Part shown: positions 32,612-44,077 of the stretch, piece after piece
How positions within the stretch are numbered: position 1 is the stretch's first letter
How the letters are laid out: each line of letters opens with the position of its first letter
DNA from: an uncultured Planctomycetota bacterium
GTDB lineage: Bacteria > Planctomycetota > Planctomycetia > Isosphaerales > Isosphaeraceae
DNA: 64,000 bases
Assembly: GCA_963845755.1 (NCBI GenBank)
Contig: CAWJTV010000005.1
Coordinates: forward strand, 320,001 to 384,000
Reading direction: 5' to 3'
Program-made: the position numbers and the translations under genes
The notes under the pieces: generated by a model
The model's input: only the letters and a program-made list of their open reading frames with translations
What the model was told of the DNA's origin: nothing
Databases searched by the model: none

Positions 32612-33568
32612 TCAGAGAATCACAGTCGCAAGCGGGTCGCGAACGTTGCCGAGGTCATCGCCTTGAGGCGCCGCGAAGTAGTTCGCGCTGAAGCCCATCG
32701 CCGGGAAGCATCGGATTCGTTCGGCCACGCGACCTTGAGGGGTGATTCGGTACAGGACATAGTCGTGAGACTCGAGCTCTGACAGGATCTCCAGCGGATC
32801 GACTCGGGCGTTGGCGATGGTCAGATCGCCGATCTCGACCAGGATTCGCGCAATTCGTTTGGTCCGGAGCAGCTCACGGGCCCCACGGAGCACGCCTAGC
32901 TCAAACCCCTCGACGTCGATCTTGAGGAAGTCGATCCGATTCAGGCCCTCGGCTTCGGTGTGGGCATCGAGCGTCGTGATCGGCACCTCGACGATTTCGT
33001 CCGCGGCCAGCACCCTTCGGTTCCAGGTAACGTCGCGATCTGCGAGGGTGTTCAGTCCGCTCATCTCCCTGTGAACGCGAAGCCGTGCCGTACCGACCGT
33101 CTCACCCAGTGCAAATGGGAAGATTTTCACCGTCGTGAGATCGTTGGCGGCCACATTATTCGCAAGCAGCGCGCGCGTGGCGGGCGCGGGTTCGAACGCG
33201 TGGACGATGTCGTCGCGCCCGATCAGGTGGGCCGCCTCCATACTGAATAGCCCGTGATTCGCCCCTACATCCACCACAGTCATTCCGGGACCGAGGATGC
33301 GCTCGATGAGGGCGCTCTCATACGTCTCGGGATTTCCGTTGCGAAGATAGTGGTACTCAGATAGACTAATTGCTTGATAACACTGACCCCAGCGATTGTG
33401 CAACCACGGGGCTTCATGGCGCAGGGCCTGCGCCGCGCGCGACTCGATCATGTTGCGCATCTGCTCGCATCGTCGGGTCGCGCCTTGCAATGCCCGGGAG
33501 ATCACACCGTACGAATCCTGGCTCAAGGCAAGCTCCTCCTCTGAAGGGACAATTGACATTTCATCCAT
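32612..33568 (-). CDS. FkbM-family methyltransferase
   Basis: VDVGANHG, AFEP, ITTLD, FLKIDVEGFE. Confidence 0.92.
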   Translation of the reverse strand: MDEMSIVPSEEELALSQDSYGVISRALQGATRRCEQMRNMIESRAAQALRHEAPWLHNRWGQCYQAISLSEYHYLRNGNPETYESALIERILGPGMTVVDVGANHGLFSMEAAHLIGRDDIVHAFEPAPATRALLANNVAANDLTTVKIFPFALGETVGTARLRVHREMSGLNTLADRDVTWNRRVLAADEIVEVPITTLDAHTEAEGLNRIDFLKIDVEGFELGVLRGARELLRTKRIARILVEIGDLTIANARVDPLEILSELESHDYVLYRITPQGRVAERIRCFPAMGFSANYFAAPQGDDLGNVRDPLATVIL

Positions 33569-34620
33569 TCGCGATTCCATTGGTTTGGACCAAACGGCGA
33601 TCACAACGAGGCGGATTGCACCCGACACTGCCGTTCACGGAAGAAGAGCGCGTCGGCGACACCGCCGGAGCAGGCAGTCCGATCGAGGAGACGGGATCAG
33701 GCGCCTCGGTCTTCGCGATCCGCTGCTCGTAACGGTTGGCCGATGCGAGGAAGTCATAGAAGGCCAGTAGCCCGCAGAAGATCAAACCGGGACGGCCATC
33801 GAGGAACCCACGCCGCAGGACGTAGGCGTACAGGAACCGGATGAGGGGGCGCATCGGGAGACGAGCGGCGAGCTTCCTGAGCCGCCGACGGAAACGCTGG
33901 GCGCCGACGATCGTCTTGGGGATAGGCTCGTTGACGATTCGGTCGTACAGTGCGGCCTCCCAGATCGCATACCGATTGTGCTTCTCGACCCAGGAGGCAA
34001 TCGTCGGATAGGCATGGTGGTCCAGCTCGTTTTCGAGTCGAAGGGCGCGTCCTTCCAGTTCCACCTGCTCGTGAGCTTCGTTATCTCCCGCGCGCCCGCC
34101 GGTGGAGTCGGCCATCCGTTCATAACGGCCCAATCGGTGCTTGAACAGGCGGAGGTTCCAACATTCGGAGTAGCCGCAGTGGCGGATGCGACGACCGAGG
34201 AAGTAATAGCGAGCGTTCAGGTAGTAGCCCTCCGCCTCGTCCCGCGCGATGCGCCGCGCGATTTCTTCCGCCAGTTCGGGTACGACGACCTCGTCGGCAT
34301 CGATGATTAGCACCCATTCGTTGCGGAACAACAGGCTCTCGAGTGCCCAGTTCTTTTTCTTGGGATACGTCCCGTTGAACTCGAATTGCACCACTGTTGC
34401 GCCGTATTCGGACGCTACATCAGGCGTTCCATCAGCGCCTCTGGCTATCGACCACAAAGACCTCGTCAGCCCACGCAAGTGCCGGTAGGCAGCGCCTCAG
34501 ATTCTCCTCCTCGTTCTTCACGGGTACGATCACGCTGACCGGAACACTTCGATCGATCGGGATACCGGAAGGGCGTGGCGAGCCCTGGAGGACAGATCGA
34601 AACGGAGCTTGGAGTGGCAT
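33561..34620 (-). CDS. Glycosyltransferase family 2 (frameshift near 34440)
   Basis: VSVIVPVKNEEENL, VVDS, KKKNWAL, IIDADE, LRRGFLDG. Confidence 0.88.
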
Positions 34621-34743
34621 GTTGGTTCTCGATAGAATCAAAGTTTCGGGTTCAAGGTTTCGGAAGTTGATTTCCTATTAAATGATTGAATCTTGAGTCT
34701 TAAATCTGTGATCCGACTCCGTCGTCTCACGGCGATCAGACGA

Positions 34744-35953
34744 TCAGGAGATCACGATTTCCGGTGCGGGCCCTCCACCACTGAGCCATCGGTAGACGGC
34801 GGCCAGTCGGTCAGCCTGCCGGTCCCAGGTATAGCACTGTTCGACGAGTCGGCGTCCGTTGCAGCCGAGCTGCGCTGCGCTGGGCGAGGCTCCGTCCCAG
34901 CAGGTCCCGGAGTCCCTGTGTGATCGAGTCTGCGTCCGGATTCACCGCGATCGCTCCTTGGGCCGCGGCAAGCTCGGGGAAATGGCAGGCCGTGGTGATC
35001 AGGCAGGGGAGCCGGCAGGCCAGCGCCTCGAGCACGGCCATGCTGAAACCTTCGCTGTAACTGGGCAGGACGAAGGCGTCAGCCGCGGCCCAGACCTGTC
35101 GGGCACGCTCACCCGCCACATGGCCGACGTAGCTCATCCGCCCACCCAGGCCGAGTTGTTCCATCCGATCTCGGAACGGCGCCCAGGCACCGCCATCGTT
35201 GCCGGCGAGCAGGAGATGAAGGTCCGGATGGTCGGCTGCGATCCGTCCGAGGGCCTCGGCCAGCAGATCGAGTCCCTTCTTGACGTGCAGCCTCGCGAAG
35301 AAGAGCAGCACGAACTTGCCGCGCAATTCGGGATGTTCCAGTTCCAGTTTCGATCGGGGCGGCAGGTTCTCGGCGAACGCGAGATCGACTCCGTTGGGGA
35401 TGAAGCAAATTGGCGTCCAGGGAGCGATGGCCCGCAAGTGCTCGATCTCGGGGCGGGATAGGGCATGCAGACACGACGCCCGGCGGAGGTTCCTCGCCTC
35501 GATGAAGGCCAGGTAGATCCGCTTCTTCCAGAACTTGTGACGGAGTGCCCAGGGTTCGGCCATTCCATGCGCCGCGACCAGATACGGAACTCGGGCCGAC
35601 CGGGCTGCGGAGGCTCCCCGACGTGTCTGGGCTTGCCACAGACCGTGCAGGTGCACAACCTCGGCAGAACGGACGGCCTCCTCCAGGTTCGCTTCCGGGC
35701 CACGGAGCGTCACCTTTGAAGCGACGTGCTCTGGCGCGAGTCGGGACGGTGTGGGCGTTACGATGGTAACCGCGTCTCGTAGCCGGCTCAGCGCCGCCGT
35801 CATGCCCAGGATGCTTGGTACCATTCCACCGTCACGGCGCGGGTCCAGTCCGTTGCAGAGATGGACCCATCCTCGTTGATTCGCGGACCATGCGGCCTGA
35901 TGGCGACGTTGCGGCGGATCGGCCATCAGCGTTTCGCGTTGCGACTCGAACAT
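34744..35953 (-). CDS. Glycosyltransferase family 4 (frameshift near 34870)
   Basis: HLHGLW, IPNGVD, RLHVKKG, LPSYSEGFSMAVLEALA. Confidence 0.9.
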
Positions 35954-35957
35954 AGGT

Positions 35958-37157
35958 TCACCTCGTTCCGAAGGCCGGCAGGGGCATGGAAACGTGAGGG
36001 CGACGACGGTGCTTGGCCAGCTCGATCGCTTCAACGACGCCTTGCGCGAACCGCCCAGGCCCCCACTGGGCGACCGTCTCCGCGGCGCAGCGGCCCATGG
36101 CATTCAACGTCTCAGCGGGCATCGTCGCGATCCAGGAGAGCTTGGCAGCAATCTCCTCGACGTCGAGCGGGTCGAACCGGGCTCCCGTGGTCGTCCCGGA
36201 TTCGGGCACCAAGGTGGCGGCACAACCGGCGCGACCCGAGACTAGGAGCGGCAAGCCACTGGCCGCCGCCTCGTTCACGACGAGTCCCCAGGGCTCGATC
36301 AGGCTTGGCAGGACGAACGCCCCGGCGTGGGCATACCAGCGCGGAAGTTCACCGACCTGGAGGAAGCCGGGCCGATGAATGGCGTGGGCGAATCCGCTGG
36401 AATTCACGGCCCGCTCGACCTCAGCCTTCCGCGGGCCGTCGCCGCAGAGTACCAGGTCCCAGGCCGACTGCGCTGCGGCACCGCGTCGATACCGCACAAA
36501 CGCCGAGATCAGTCGATCCAAGTTCTTCTCCGGCGCGAATCGGCAGACGGAGAGGAAATAAGGCGCTCGAGGCAATCCCTCACGACCACGGGGATCCGAG
36601 CGCCAACGGCGGGCGCCGACTGCGAAATAGTCGTTGTCGACCGCGTTGTACCCCACGGTGATACGGTCCGAAGGCATCCCTAGATTGACCAGGTAGTCGC
36701 GGTGCGATGGGCCGCCGACAACCGCCGCATCGAACCATTGAATCCGACGACGCTTAACCATCTCTTTCCACCAGGTGCGTGGTCGGTCGACCTGCTGGCT
36801 CTCGGACATCAGGATCGTCGGGGCGCGTCGTCGCCCGGCCCAACGCGCCGCGGCCATCGACTCGGGACGCACATAGCCGACCACGCCCACGATGTCGGGT
36901 CGGTCGTGGTCGAGTGCCTCGATCATCGCCCAACGGCAGGACTCCGTGTCGATCGATTCGAGCGCCCGGTCCGGGAACAGGGTAATCCTCTCGAACGGCT
37001 GATCATGCCGATCCCGCGTCCAGGGATAAGTTCGTTCGCTCCCCGCGACCTCGTAGGCGAGGAGCCGATCTCCGCGTTCGGCAAGCCGGTCCGCCAAGGC
37101 CCGCAACCGGGCCAGATGGTACGGTCCCAAATTCGTGAAAGTGACGGCGAGGATCAT
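35958..37157 (-). CDS. Glycosyltransferase family 4
   Basis: GPYH.ARL, NAVDN, RFAPEKN, LPSLIEPWGLVVNEA. Confidence 0.9.
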   Translation of the reverse strand: MILAVTFTNLGPYHLARLRALADRLAERGDRLLAYEVAGSERTYPWTRDRHDQPFERITLFPDRALESIDTESCRWAMIEALDHDRPDIVGVVGYVRPESMAAARWAGRRRAPTILMSESQQVDRPRTWWKEMVKRRRIQWFDAAVVGGPSHRDYLVNLGMPSDRITVGYNAVDNDYFAVGARRWRSDPRGREGLPRAPYFLSVCRFAPEKNLDRLISAFVRYRRGAAAQSAWDLVLCGDGPRKAEVERAVNSSGFAHAIHRPGFLQVGELPRWYAHAGAFVLPSLIEPWGLVVNEAAASGLPLLVSGRAGCAATLVPESGTTTGARFDPLDVEEIAAKLSWIATMPAETLNAMGRCAAETVAQWGPGRFAQGVVEAIELAKHRRRPHVSMPLPAFGTR

Positions 37158-37189
37158 GCGACCAACTCCCAGGCACACAGGTCAAGGGG

Positions 37190-38545
37190 CTAAGCGGGAG
37201 CCGTGGTGAGCTCCTCATGCGAAGACGAAGCAGACTTGTTCAGTTTGATGATCCACCACACGAGCACGACCAGGGGGAACGCCGAAACCCCCCAATTGTA
37301 GTAGAACCAGACGAAGGGATCGTCAGCCGCGACCATGAACCAGGCGTTGTAAAAAGTGATCGACCACCAGAACTGGACCCAGGGAACATCTTCATACAAG
37401 CGTAAGTAGTCATAGGCCGTGCGCATGAGGAGGGCGAGAGCGGCCATGACGATCAAGGTGCCGATCGCACCGCCGTTGAGCTGGGTCGCTCCCAGGATAC
37501 CGATGGCGGGGCCGGTAAAGTCTTCCTCTCGTTCCATCTCCGAGCCGGCGATCCAGGCACCGATCCAGGCGCTGCGGCCGAAGAGCGGCTTGTTCGGCCA
37601 GATGGATCGCGGAATAAAGGTCGAGAATAGGCGGAGGTAGTTTTCCCCATAGTCGTAAGGGGACTTGGCGGGAACCGTGTCCATCATGAGGAGGAACCCG
37701 CCGTATTCGAAGGTCTCGTAGGTGATGATCTCCTCATCGCCGTCGGTGACGTTGAGGCTTTCCAGGACCCGGGAGACCTGGAAGTCGCCGAGGAAGTTGG
37801 CGAACCCGGCGAAGGATCGCTCGTGTTCCCGGTCGTTCCTCCAACCGATGGCGATCGCGACGACCAGGGAGCCCGCGAAGGCCGTCGTGAACAGTACCGG
37901 CCACGAGGGGCGCTTCAGTCGCGTGATATAGAGCGCGCAGATCGTCGCGAGCACGCCGATGAGCGAATGTGAGCGTTTGCCGTTGAACATCCAGATCAGC
38001 ACATAGGCGGCGGAAACGGCGAGCCCCGTCATCAAGTAACCCGGTCGGGAAGGGACCTGGCTTCGGCCCGTCACGACCAGCAAGATCGCGGCCACCAGCA
38101 TCACGAACGGAAAACTGCTGAAGATCGATCCTTCGCTCGTCGCGGATTCGACGGCGTCCCCGCCTCCCCGGATCAACATCCCTGCGCAGAAGAGGCCCCA
38201 GAGGATCAGCGGTGGCGAGAGGATCGCCACCCACGACGGCGACCAGGTCTTCGGGGGCCTCGGGAGCAGGGTCGCGATCCGCCTCCCCAGCCCTGCGTGA
38301 TAGACGAACAATAGCCAGGCCACCGCCCACAACGCCCGCAAGTTGGCCGCCGAGACCAGGTCCTTGCCGCGTACCGACACTCCCCATTCGTGGTATCGGA
38401 CACCCTGGATCACATAGATCTGAAGATAGCCAACCAGGAAGAGCCAGATGGGCGCAAACGGATCGAACCGCCGCCTAACGACCTGCGCCAGGAAGTAGGC
38501 GACGATCAACGCGCCCGTCGCATAGATTGCAAACAAGTCTTCCAT
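37190..38545 (-). CDS. Wzy-like polymerase or multi-TM glycan-assembly protein
   Basis: About 11 TM helices, GKRS motif, periplasmic loop FIPRSIWPNKP; position within the glycan locus. Confidence 0.6.
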   Translation of the reverse strand: MEDLFAIYATGALIVAYFLAQVVRRRFDPFAPIWLFLVGYLQIYVIQGVRYHEWGVSVRGKDLVSAANLRALWAVAWLLFVYHAGLGRRIATLLPRPPKTWSPSWVAILSPPLILWGLFCAGMLIRGGGDAVESATSEGSIFSSFPFVMLVAAILLVVTGRSQVPSRPGYLMTGLAVSAAYVLIWMFNGKRSHSLIGVLATICALYITRLKRPSWPVLFTTAFAGSLVVAIAIGWRNDREHERSFAGFANFLGDFQVSRVLESLNVTDGDEEIITYETFEYGGFLLMMDTVPAKSPYDYGENYLRLFSTFIPRSIWPNKPLFGRSAWIGAWIAGSEMEREEDFTGPAIGILGATQLNGGAIGTLIVMAALALLMRTAYDYLRLYEDVPWVQFWWSITFYNAWFMVAADDPFVWFYYNWGVSAFPLVVLVWWIIKLNKSASSSHEELTTAPA

Positions 38546-38550
38546 GACGT

Positions 38551-39662
38551 TCAAGTCGCCTCCGCCGCCCAGGTTTCGGCGGGCCCGGCACCCGGCACAA
38601 CCTCCGGCTTCCTCCCAGCCTGGTATCGGAATCGATCCTTGAGGGAGAGGATCGGCCGCTCCACGCAGTGCCAGGAGAGCGACGCGAGGGCCAGGGCGAT
38701 GCCGAGCTTCACGAGGTCGACGAGCATCGATCCGCTCCACCCGTAGTGCGATGACAGATCATCCCAAACTTTAAATAATATGTGGTGATATAGATAAATT
38801 CCGTAGCTGATCGTTCCCAGGTAGACCAGCCACCGGCTCCGAAGCCAGCCGAGCCGGGGATGGCCCCCGTGAAGGACCAGGCCGAGGACCAGGGCGAGGC
38901 AGAGCAGATTGGCGGCCAGCAACTTCAGGCTGTTGATCGACGCCGGAGCGAGCAGGCCAGGCCACCGGGCTCGCGACCCGACAGCCAAGGCGAAGATTCC
39001 CATGGCGAGAATCGCGATGGCGAGCGAGAAGGCGGTAAATCGCCGGCGGGCCGGTTGTGTCATTCCGTTCGACCGGCGCGGCCCCGTCGATGATGAAGGC
39101 GAGCCACCCGCCCAGTGCCAGCGCGTCGATGTTGGTGATCAGGATGAAATGAGAGACGCCGGACGACCGCGCCAGGACCGCCATTCCTACCAGGACTGCG
39201 GCGACAACCGGCAGCCCGCCGACCCACAAGCCCGATCAGCATCGGCCAGAACAGATAGAATTGCTCCTCGATCGCAAGGCTCCACGTGTGCTGGAACGCT
39301 AGCGGAAACGTCGGCTCACGGCCGGACCAGTAATGGCTAAGACCCTGGATATAGGTCAGGTAGGACGGCCATTCGGAGAGGTCTCCGGATAGGGGAAGGA
39401 GTTGAAAGAGGAGCACGAGTCCGGCGAGCGAGAGATAATAGATCGGCCAGATCCTGAGGCCACGGCGTGCATAAAATGATATCAAGAATCGAGGATTCAG
39501 CGTGTGGCCGAGGATGATCGTGGTGATCAGGTAACCCGAAAGTACGAAGAAGAGATTCACGCCGAGGCCGAGCACCACGACTTGCGGAAACCAGAGGTGG
39601 AAGAAGACGATCGCCAGCGCCGCCAGACCGCGAACGGAATCCAGTTCCTTAATGCGAGGCAT
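38551..39662 (-). CDS. Acyltransferase family 3 (OafA-like; two frameshifts)
   Basis: ELDSVRGLA, FFVLSGYLIT, RRGLRIWP.YY, HTWSLAIEEQFY, LGTISYGIYLYH, SW..VERP. Confidence 0.9.
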
Positions 39663-39698
39663 GCTGGCTTCTCCCTCGGAGTGATCGGATCGAGATTC

Positions 39699-41040
39699 TC
39701 AAGACTGGGGATACGCGCATGCGTATTCCTCCGGCGAAAGATCCAGGGCCGGCCCTGTCGTGCGACTCACCATCTCCCCGAGCAGCTCGATTAGTGCAGC
39801 GTGGTAGCGCGGCCAATCGTAGGCCAGGGCTCGGCTACGGGCAGCCGAACCCATCTGGTCCCGCTGAGCCGGATCGTTCCCGAGCTGTTCCATCCGGCAT
39901 GCCAGGGCATCGATATCGCCCGGGCCGACGAGGTACCCTTCGATGCCATCGCGGACCACGGAGCCGGCATTCGGCGTGACGATGCTGGGCAGCCCGCAGG
40001 CCAGGGCCTCGTAAGTGACGACAGCCGAGCCCTCGAAGAGTGAGGGGAACACGAAGACATCCGCCCGAGCCATTTGCCCCGGCATCTCGGCATGCGCGAC
40101 CTGGCCCAGGAGCTCCACCGACTCGAGGTAGGGGCGTAGCGGAGCGATGTTCTTCGGGAGCGATCCCAAGAGCTGAAGCCTCCAGCCCGGACGTCGGATC
40201 GTCGCGCCAGGCCTCCAGCAGATACTTGATCCCCTTGCGTTGATGGATACCGCCGGCAAACAGGAAGGTACACTCGGTCCCCTGGGTCTTTCCGGGGAGT
40301 GGCCGGAACCGTCGGCAGTCGGCCGCGTAGGGGATCACGCGGACCCGCTCGCGCGGCGTGCCGTGGCCCACGATCGACTCGGCGATATGCTCCGAGGGAA
40401 CCACAACGCGATCGGCGAGGGCGAGGTCGCGGAGCCTTCGCGCATGCAACCATTCCAGCTCCTCGAGGTCCAATCGCCCACTGCCTAGATAGATTGGGAG
40501 GAACTCGGGAGACGTCTCGGACTCGCGCCGGAGGATTTGCTGCTCTTCGCGCACGTCACCGTGGACCATGCTCAGGATCGTCGGAATGCCAAGCCTTCGA
40601 CAGGTGGGGAGGGTGAGAGCCGAGCCGACATCGCTGAAGACCAGGAGTTGCCCAGGCCGGTCACGGGCGACGACTCGCGCGAGCCGTGTATCGAACCGCT
40701 CGGTCCGCCAGCGCGCCAGCGCGCGCCTGAGCTGAGGGTGACCCACGGCCAACCGGGCCTCGAGCCGGACAGCCAGGTCGACATCAGGATTCGCGCGAAC
40801 GCGCTCCGCCGGGATCTCAGGATCGTGGCGACGGAGCAGGAATCGCTCGCATCGCGTCAATCGATCCGGGGCAAGATTCCGCGCCCAGGCAGCCAGCCGA
40901 CCATCGGGGTTGTAGTAGGTCGCCGTGACGAACCGATCCAGCAGTCCGGCTCGGCTGAGCCCGATCACCGCCTGGTAGGCCGGCGGTCGCGCGTCCGGGC
41001 AGGCGACGAGCACCGGCGGGAGCTGATAAGACGTCTCCAT
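39699..41040 (-). CDS. Glycosyltransferase family 4 (frameshift near 40200)
   Basis: VVVPSE, RKGIKYLLEAW, FPSLFEGSAVVTYEALACGLP. Confidence 0.88.
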
Positions 41041-41189
41041 CTCGACCTCGATCTTCCGTGATCCTCGCGCGGCGACACCGCGAATGAAGAGGCATCCTTT
41101 GGATTCCGGATTTCCGATTCCGGAATCCACCCCACCGTTCCCGGCCCTCGAACGTTCCTAATCTCGAATCGGGATTCGGGCAACGCGAA

Positions 41190-42206
41190 TCAACGATGCG
41201 GATAAGTCTCCGCGAATCGCTCCCGACGCGCGAGCTCCAGGTCGCTTTCGATCATCATCTTGATCAGGCCGTGGAAATCAACCCGCGGTTTCCACCCGAG
41301 GACCTCGCGAGCCTTGGTCGCGTCGCCGAGGAGAACCTCGACTTCAGACGGCCGAGTGTATCTCGGGTCGAACTCGACGAAATCGCGATAATCGAGATCG
41401 AGCGTGGAGAAGGCCACTTCGAGAAGTTCGCGTACCGAATACGTCTCGCCGGTAGCGACGATATAGTCGTCGGCCGTCCCATGCTGGAGCATCATCCACA
41501 TCGCCTCGACATAATCGCCGGCAAAGCCCCAGTCCCTTTTGGCCTCGAGGTTGCCCATGACGAGCTTTTTCTGTAAACCCTCCTTGATGCGGGTAGCGCC
41601 CAGGGTCACTTTGCGGGTCACGAACGACTCGCCCCGACGTGGGCTCTCGTGGTTAAACAGGATACCCGAGCACGCGAACAGGCCATAGGCTTCCCGATAA
41701 TTGATCGTCTGCCAGTGAGCATAAACCTTGGCGCAGGCGTACGGGCTGCGCGGGTGGAATTGCGTCCCCGGCCCCTGCGGCGGTGGCGCCGACCCGAACA
41801 TCTCGGAACTGGACGCCTGGTAAAACTTCACCGGCTTTTGTTCGTTAAGATGCCGGACGGACTCCAGCAACCTCAGTGTACCGATGCCGACCACGTCGGC
41901 GGTATACTCGGGCTGGTCAAATGAGACGCGCACATGGCTCTGTGCACCGAGGTTGTAGACCTCGTCCGGACGAACTTTCTGGACGATCATTGCGAGACTC
42001 GATGCATCGGCGAGATCGGCGTAGTGGAGGTGGAACCGCTCGGCGATTTCGCGGTCGCGAGACAACAAGGGGTCGATTCGCTGGCGATTCAGGCTGCTCG
42101 AACGCCTCACCAGCCCGTGAACTTCATATTCGGGCTTGTTCAGGAGGAATTCGGCCAGGTAAGACCCGTCCTGGCCGGTGATTCCCGTGATCAGTGCACG
42201 TCTCAT
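41190..42206 (-). CDS. gmd: GDP-mannose 4,6-dehydratase
   Basis: [54 protein letters not shown]. Confidence 0.97.
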   Translation of the reverse strand: MRRALITGITGQDGSYLAEFLLNKPEYEVHGLVRRSSSLNRQRIDPLLSRDREIAERFHLHYADLADASSLAMIVQKVRPDEVYNLGAQSHVRVSFDQPEYTADVVGIGTLRLLESVRHLNEQKPVKFYQASSSEMFGSAPPPQGPGTQFHPRSPYACAKVYAHWQTINYREAYGLFACSGILFNHESPRRGESFVTRKVTLGATRIKEGLQKKLVMGNLEAKRDWGFAGDYVEAMWMMLQHGTADDYIVATGETYSVRELLEVAFSTLDLDYRDFVEFDPRYTRPSEVEVLLGDATKAREVLGWKPRVDFHGLIKMMIESDLELARRERFAETYPHR

Positions 42207-42242
42207 AGAGGTAGGCATCGATTCTCTCGCGGAGTCGTCTCG

Positions 42243-42924
42243 TCAGGGAATATGGTAAGTGGCGAGTTCGCGCGGCAGGATCGGCTCCAACGCGCCGCTC
42301 AATTCATGTGCAAACTCACGCAACGCCGCGGCCCTCGGGGTCCATGTCCCCGGGGTAGAATACTTCGACGGTCATCGACGAGCCCCGCGTCGTCCGGCCG
42401 TGGCTGCTCCGACTGGTGATCGGCAACCGCCGAATATAATTCTCGAGCCTCCCTTCTCCAAAGATATAGTACCAGAAGGCGACATGCTCGACCACTTCGG
42501 CTTCAGGCCGGCTGTACCCGAGCCGCGTGATCCGCAGCATGGCGTGCTCGCCAGTCGGGATCTCGAACTCCCGCGTCTCGGCCTCGTTCTTGGTCCAACC
42601 GCTCGAGGGCAGGCATATTTCCGGCGTATGTCGCAGGTTCGCCCCATAAAGCGAGTAGTTCATCCAGAGCTCGAGCTTCAAACCGGGATGTTCGGGGCTC
42701 TCATAGACCCGGCTGAGGTACTCGGTGGTCTGGGAGCGCTCGATCAGCTCGCGATGGACGGGCCGGTCGGAGCCGACCCAGTTGCCGAAGGCCATCGGGA
42801 TCGAGACAAGGGGTCGCCGCAACGCGGGCCGCTCGGTGTCATTGAACCCTTCCAGGGCGGCCTGGGCTCCCAGACCGGAAGTCAGCAACGCGAGGCAGAG
42901 AATCGTCCGTTTTCCCTGTGACAT
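42243..42924 (-). CDS. epsI: Exosortase-associated EpsI-family protein (frameshift near 42330)
   Basis: Signal anchor, W.G.D, Y.SR.Y, HTPEICLPSSGW, FWYY; directly after exosortase. Confidence 0.75.
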
Positions 42925-42998
42925 GCTTGCTCCTTGATGGATAGCCTCCATCGCGTTTCGTGATCTCACGGCCGCGTCGCCCGTTCCTCACGGCGTCC

Positions 42999-43967
42999 TC
43001 ACGAAACTCCCAGAGAAACGGCGCGGGGTGGCGCGGGTGGAGGCGGTCCTGGGACGATCCGGTCGAGGGACCAGCACACTCCTTGGAGCAACAGCAGGCC
43101 GAAACCCATCATGAGCAGGCCCTCGACCGTGTGGAACGCACCGGACGCGTACTCCGGATTGACAAAATGCATGATGTAACCCGTCAGGATCACGCGCGCG
43201 ATATTGGCGCTCAGCGCGATCGGCAGAGCGAATATGACGATCATCGCACGATACCAGCCGGGCCGGCCGATCAGCCACGCCACAGCCGTGCTCAGCGCCA
43301 AGAAGCCCGTCAATTGTCTCATGCCGCTGCACGCCTCGGCCACGAACATCTGGATCCCGCCGGGGAGCGTCATCCGATTCCCTTCGCACAGGACGGGGAC
43401 GCCGGTTGCATTCATGACCGTCGAGGCCACTCGGCTCGCCAGGAGCTGGAGCGGCGAGGCGATCTTCGAATAGAGAGCGATCGGCAATGGGATCATGAAC
43501 ACCAGAAAGAAGAATGCGAACCAATAACGCTTCAAGGCCGCGTCACCCAGGAGAAGCGTGACCAGCCCCGCCAGGCCGACCAGGAAAGCGAGGTCCCCGA
43601 GGAATGGGATCGGCAGTGGAATGGTGATTAGTCGAACGGCCATCGCGCCGACTAGCATCATCGCGCCAAGACGAGTTCCACCGCGGATCGAGAGCGGTCC
43701 CCGACGCGCCGCCTGGTTGGCGAAGTACAGGCTGATCAGCGGGACGAGGAATCCATGGCTGTAGTTCTCGTCCGTTGACCAGGCGTAGTAGAAATGGACC
43801 AGCGAGTCGGCGAAGAGCAGGCCGAACAATCCCAGGCAGAGCAGGCCGCCGAGCCATTGCGGGCGTCGCTCGGCGTCACGAGCCGGACGAGTGAGCAGGC
43901 CGAACAGGGCCCAGGTCTCCGCGTCATGTGAGGAAGAGGAATCAGGCGCCCGGGAGAGTGCCGCCAT
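42999..43967 (-). CDS. Exosortase (EpsH-family transpeptidase)
   Basis: ENYSHGFLVP, FMIPLP, VAEACSGMR (Cys), NIARV (Arg), FHTVEG (His). Confidence 0.93.
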   Translation of the reverse strand: MAALSRAPDSSSSHDAETWALFGLLTRPARDAERRPQWLGGLLCLGLFGLLFADSLVHFYYAWSTDENYSHGFLVPLISLYFANQAARRGPLSIRGGTRLGAMMLVGAMAVRLITIPLPIPFLGDLAFLVGLAGLVTLLLGDAALKRYWFAFFFLVFMIPLPIALYSKIASPLQLLASRVASTVMNATGVPVLCEGNRMTLPGGIQMFVAEACSGMRQLTGFLALSTAVAWLIGRPGWYRAMIVIFALPIALSANIARVILTGYIMHFVNPEYASGAFHTVEGLLMMGFGLLLLQGVCWSLDRIVPGPPPPAPPRAVSLGVS

Positions 43968-44077
43968 GGTGGATCGTCCTTCAGTTCGACTGGGGGAATC
44001 GGTCGCTCGTCGAGAACTCCGGGTTACGGGATGACCGCCTGGACGAATTGGCCAGGCGGTCGGGTCGGCGATCAACG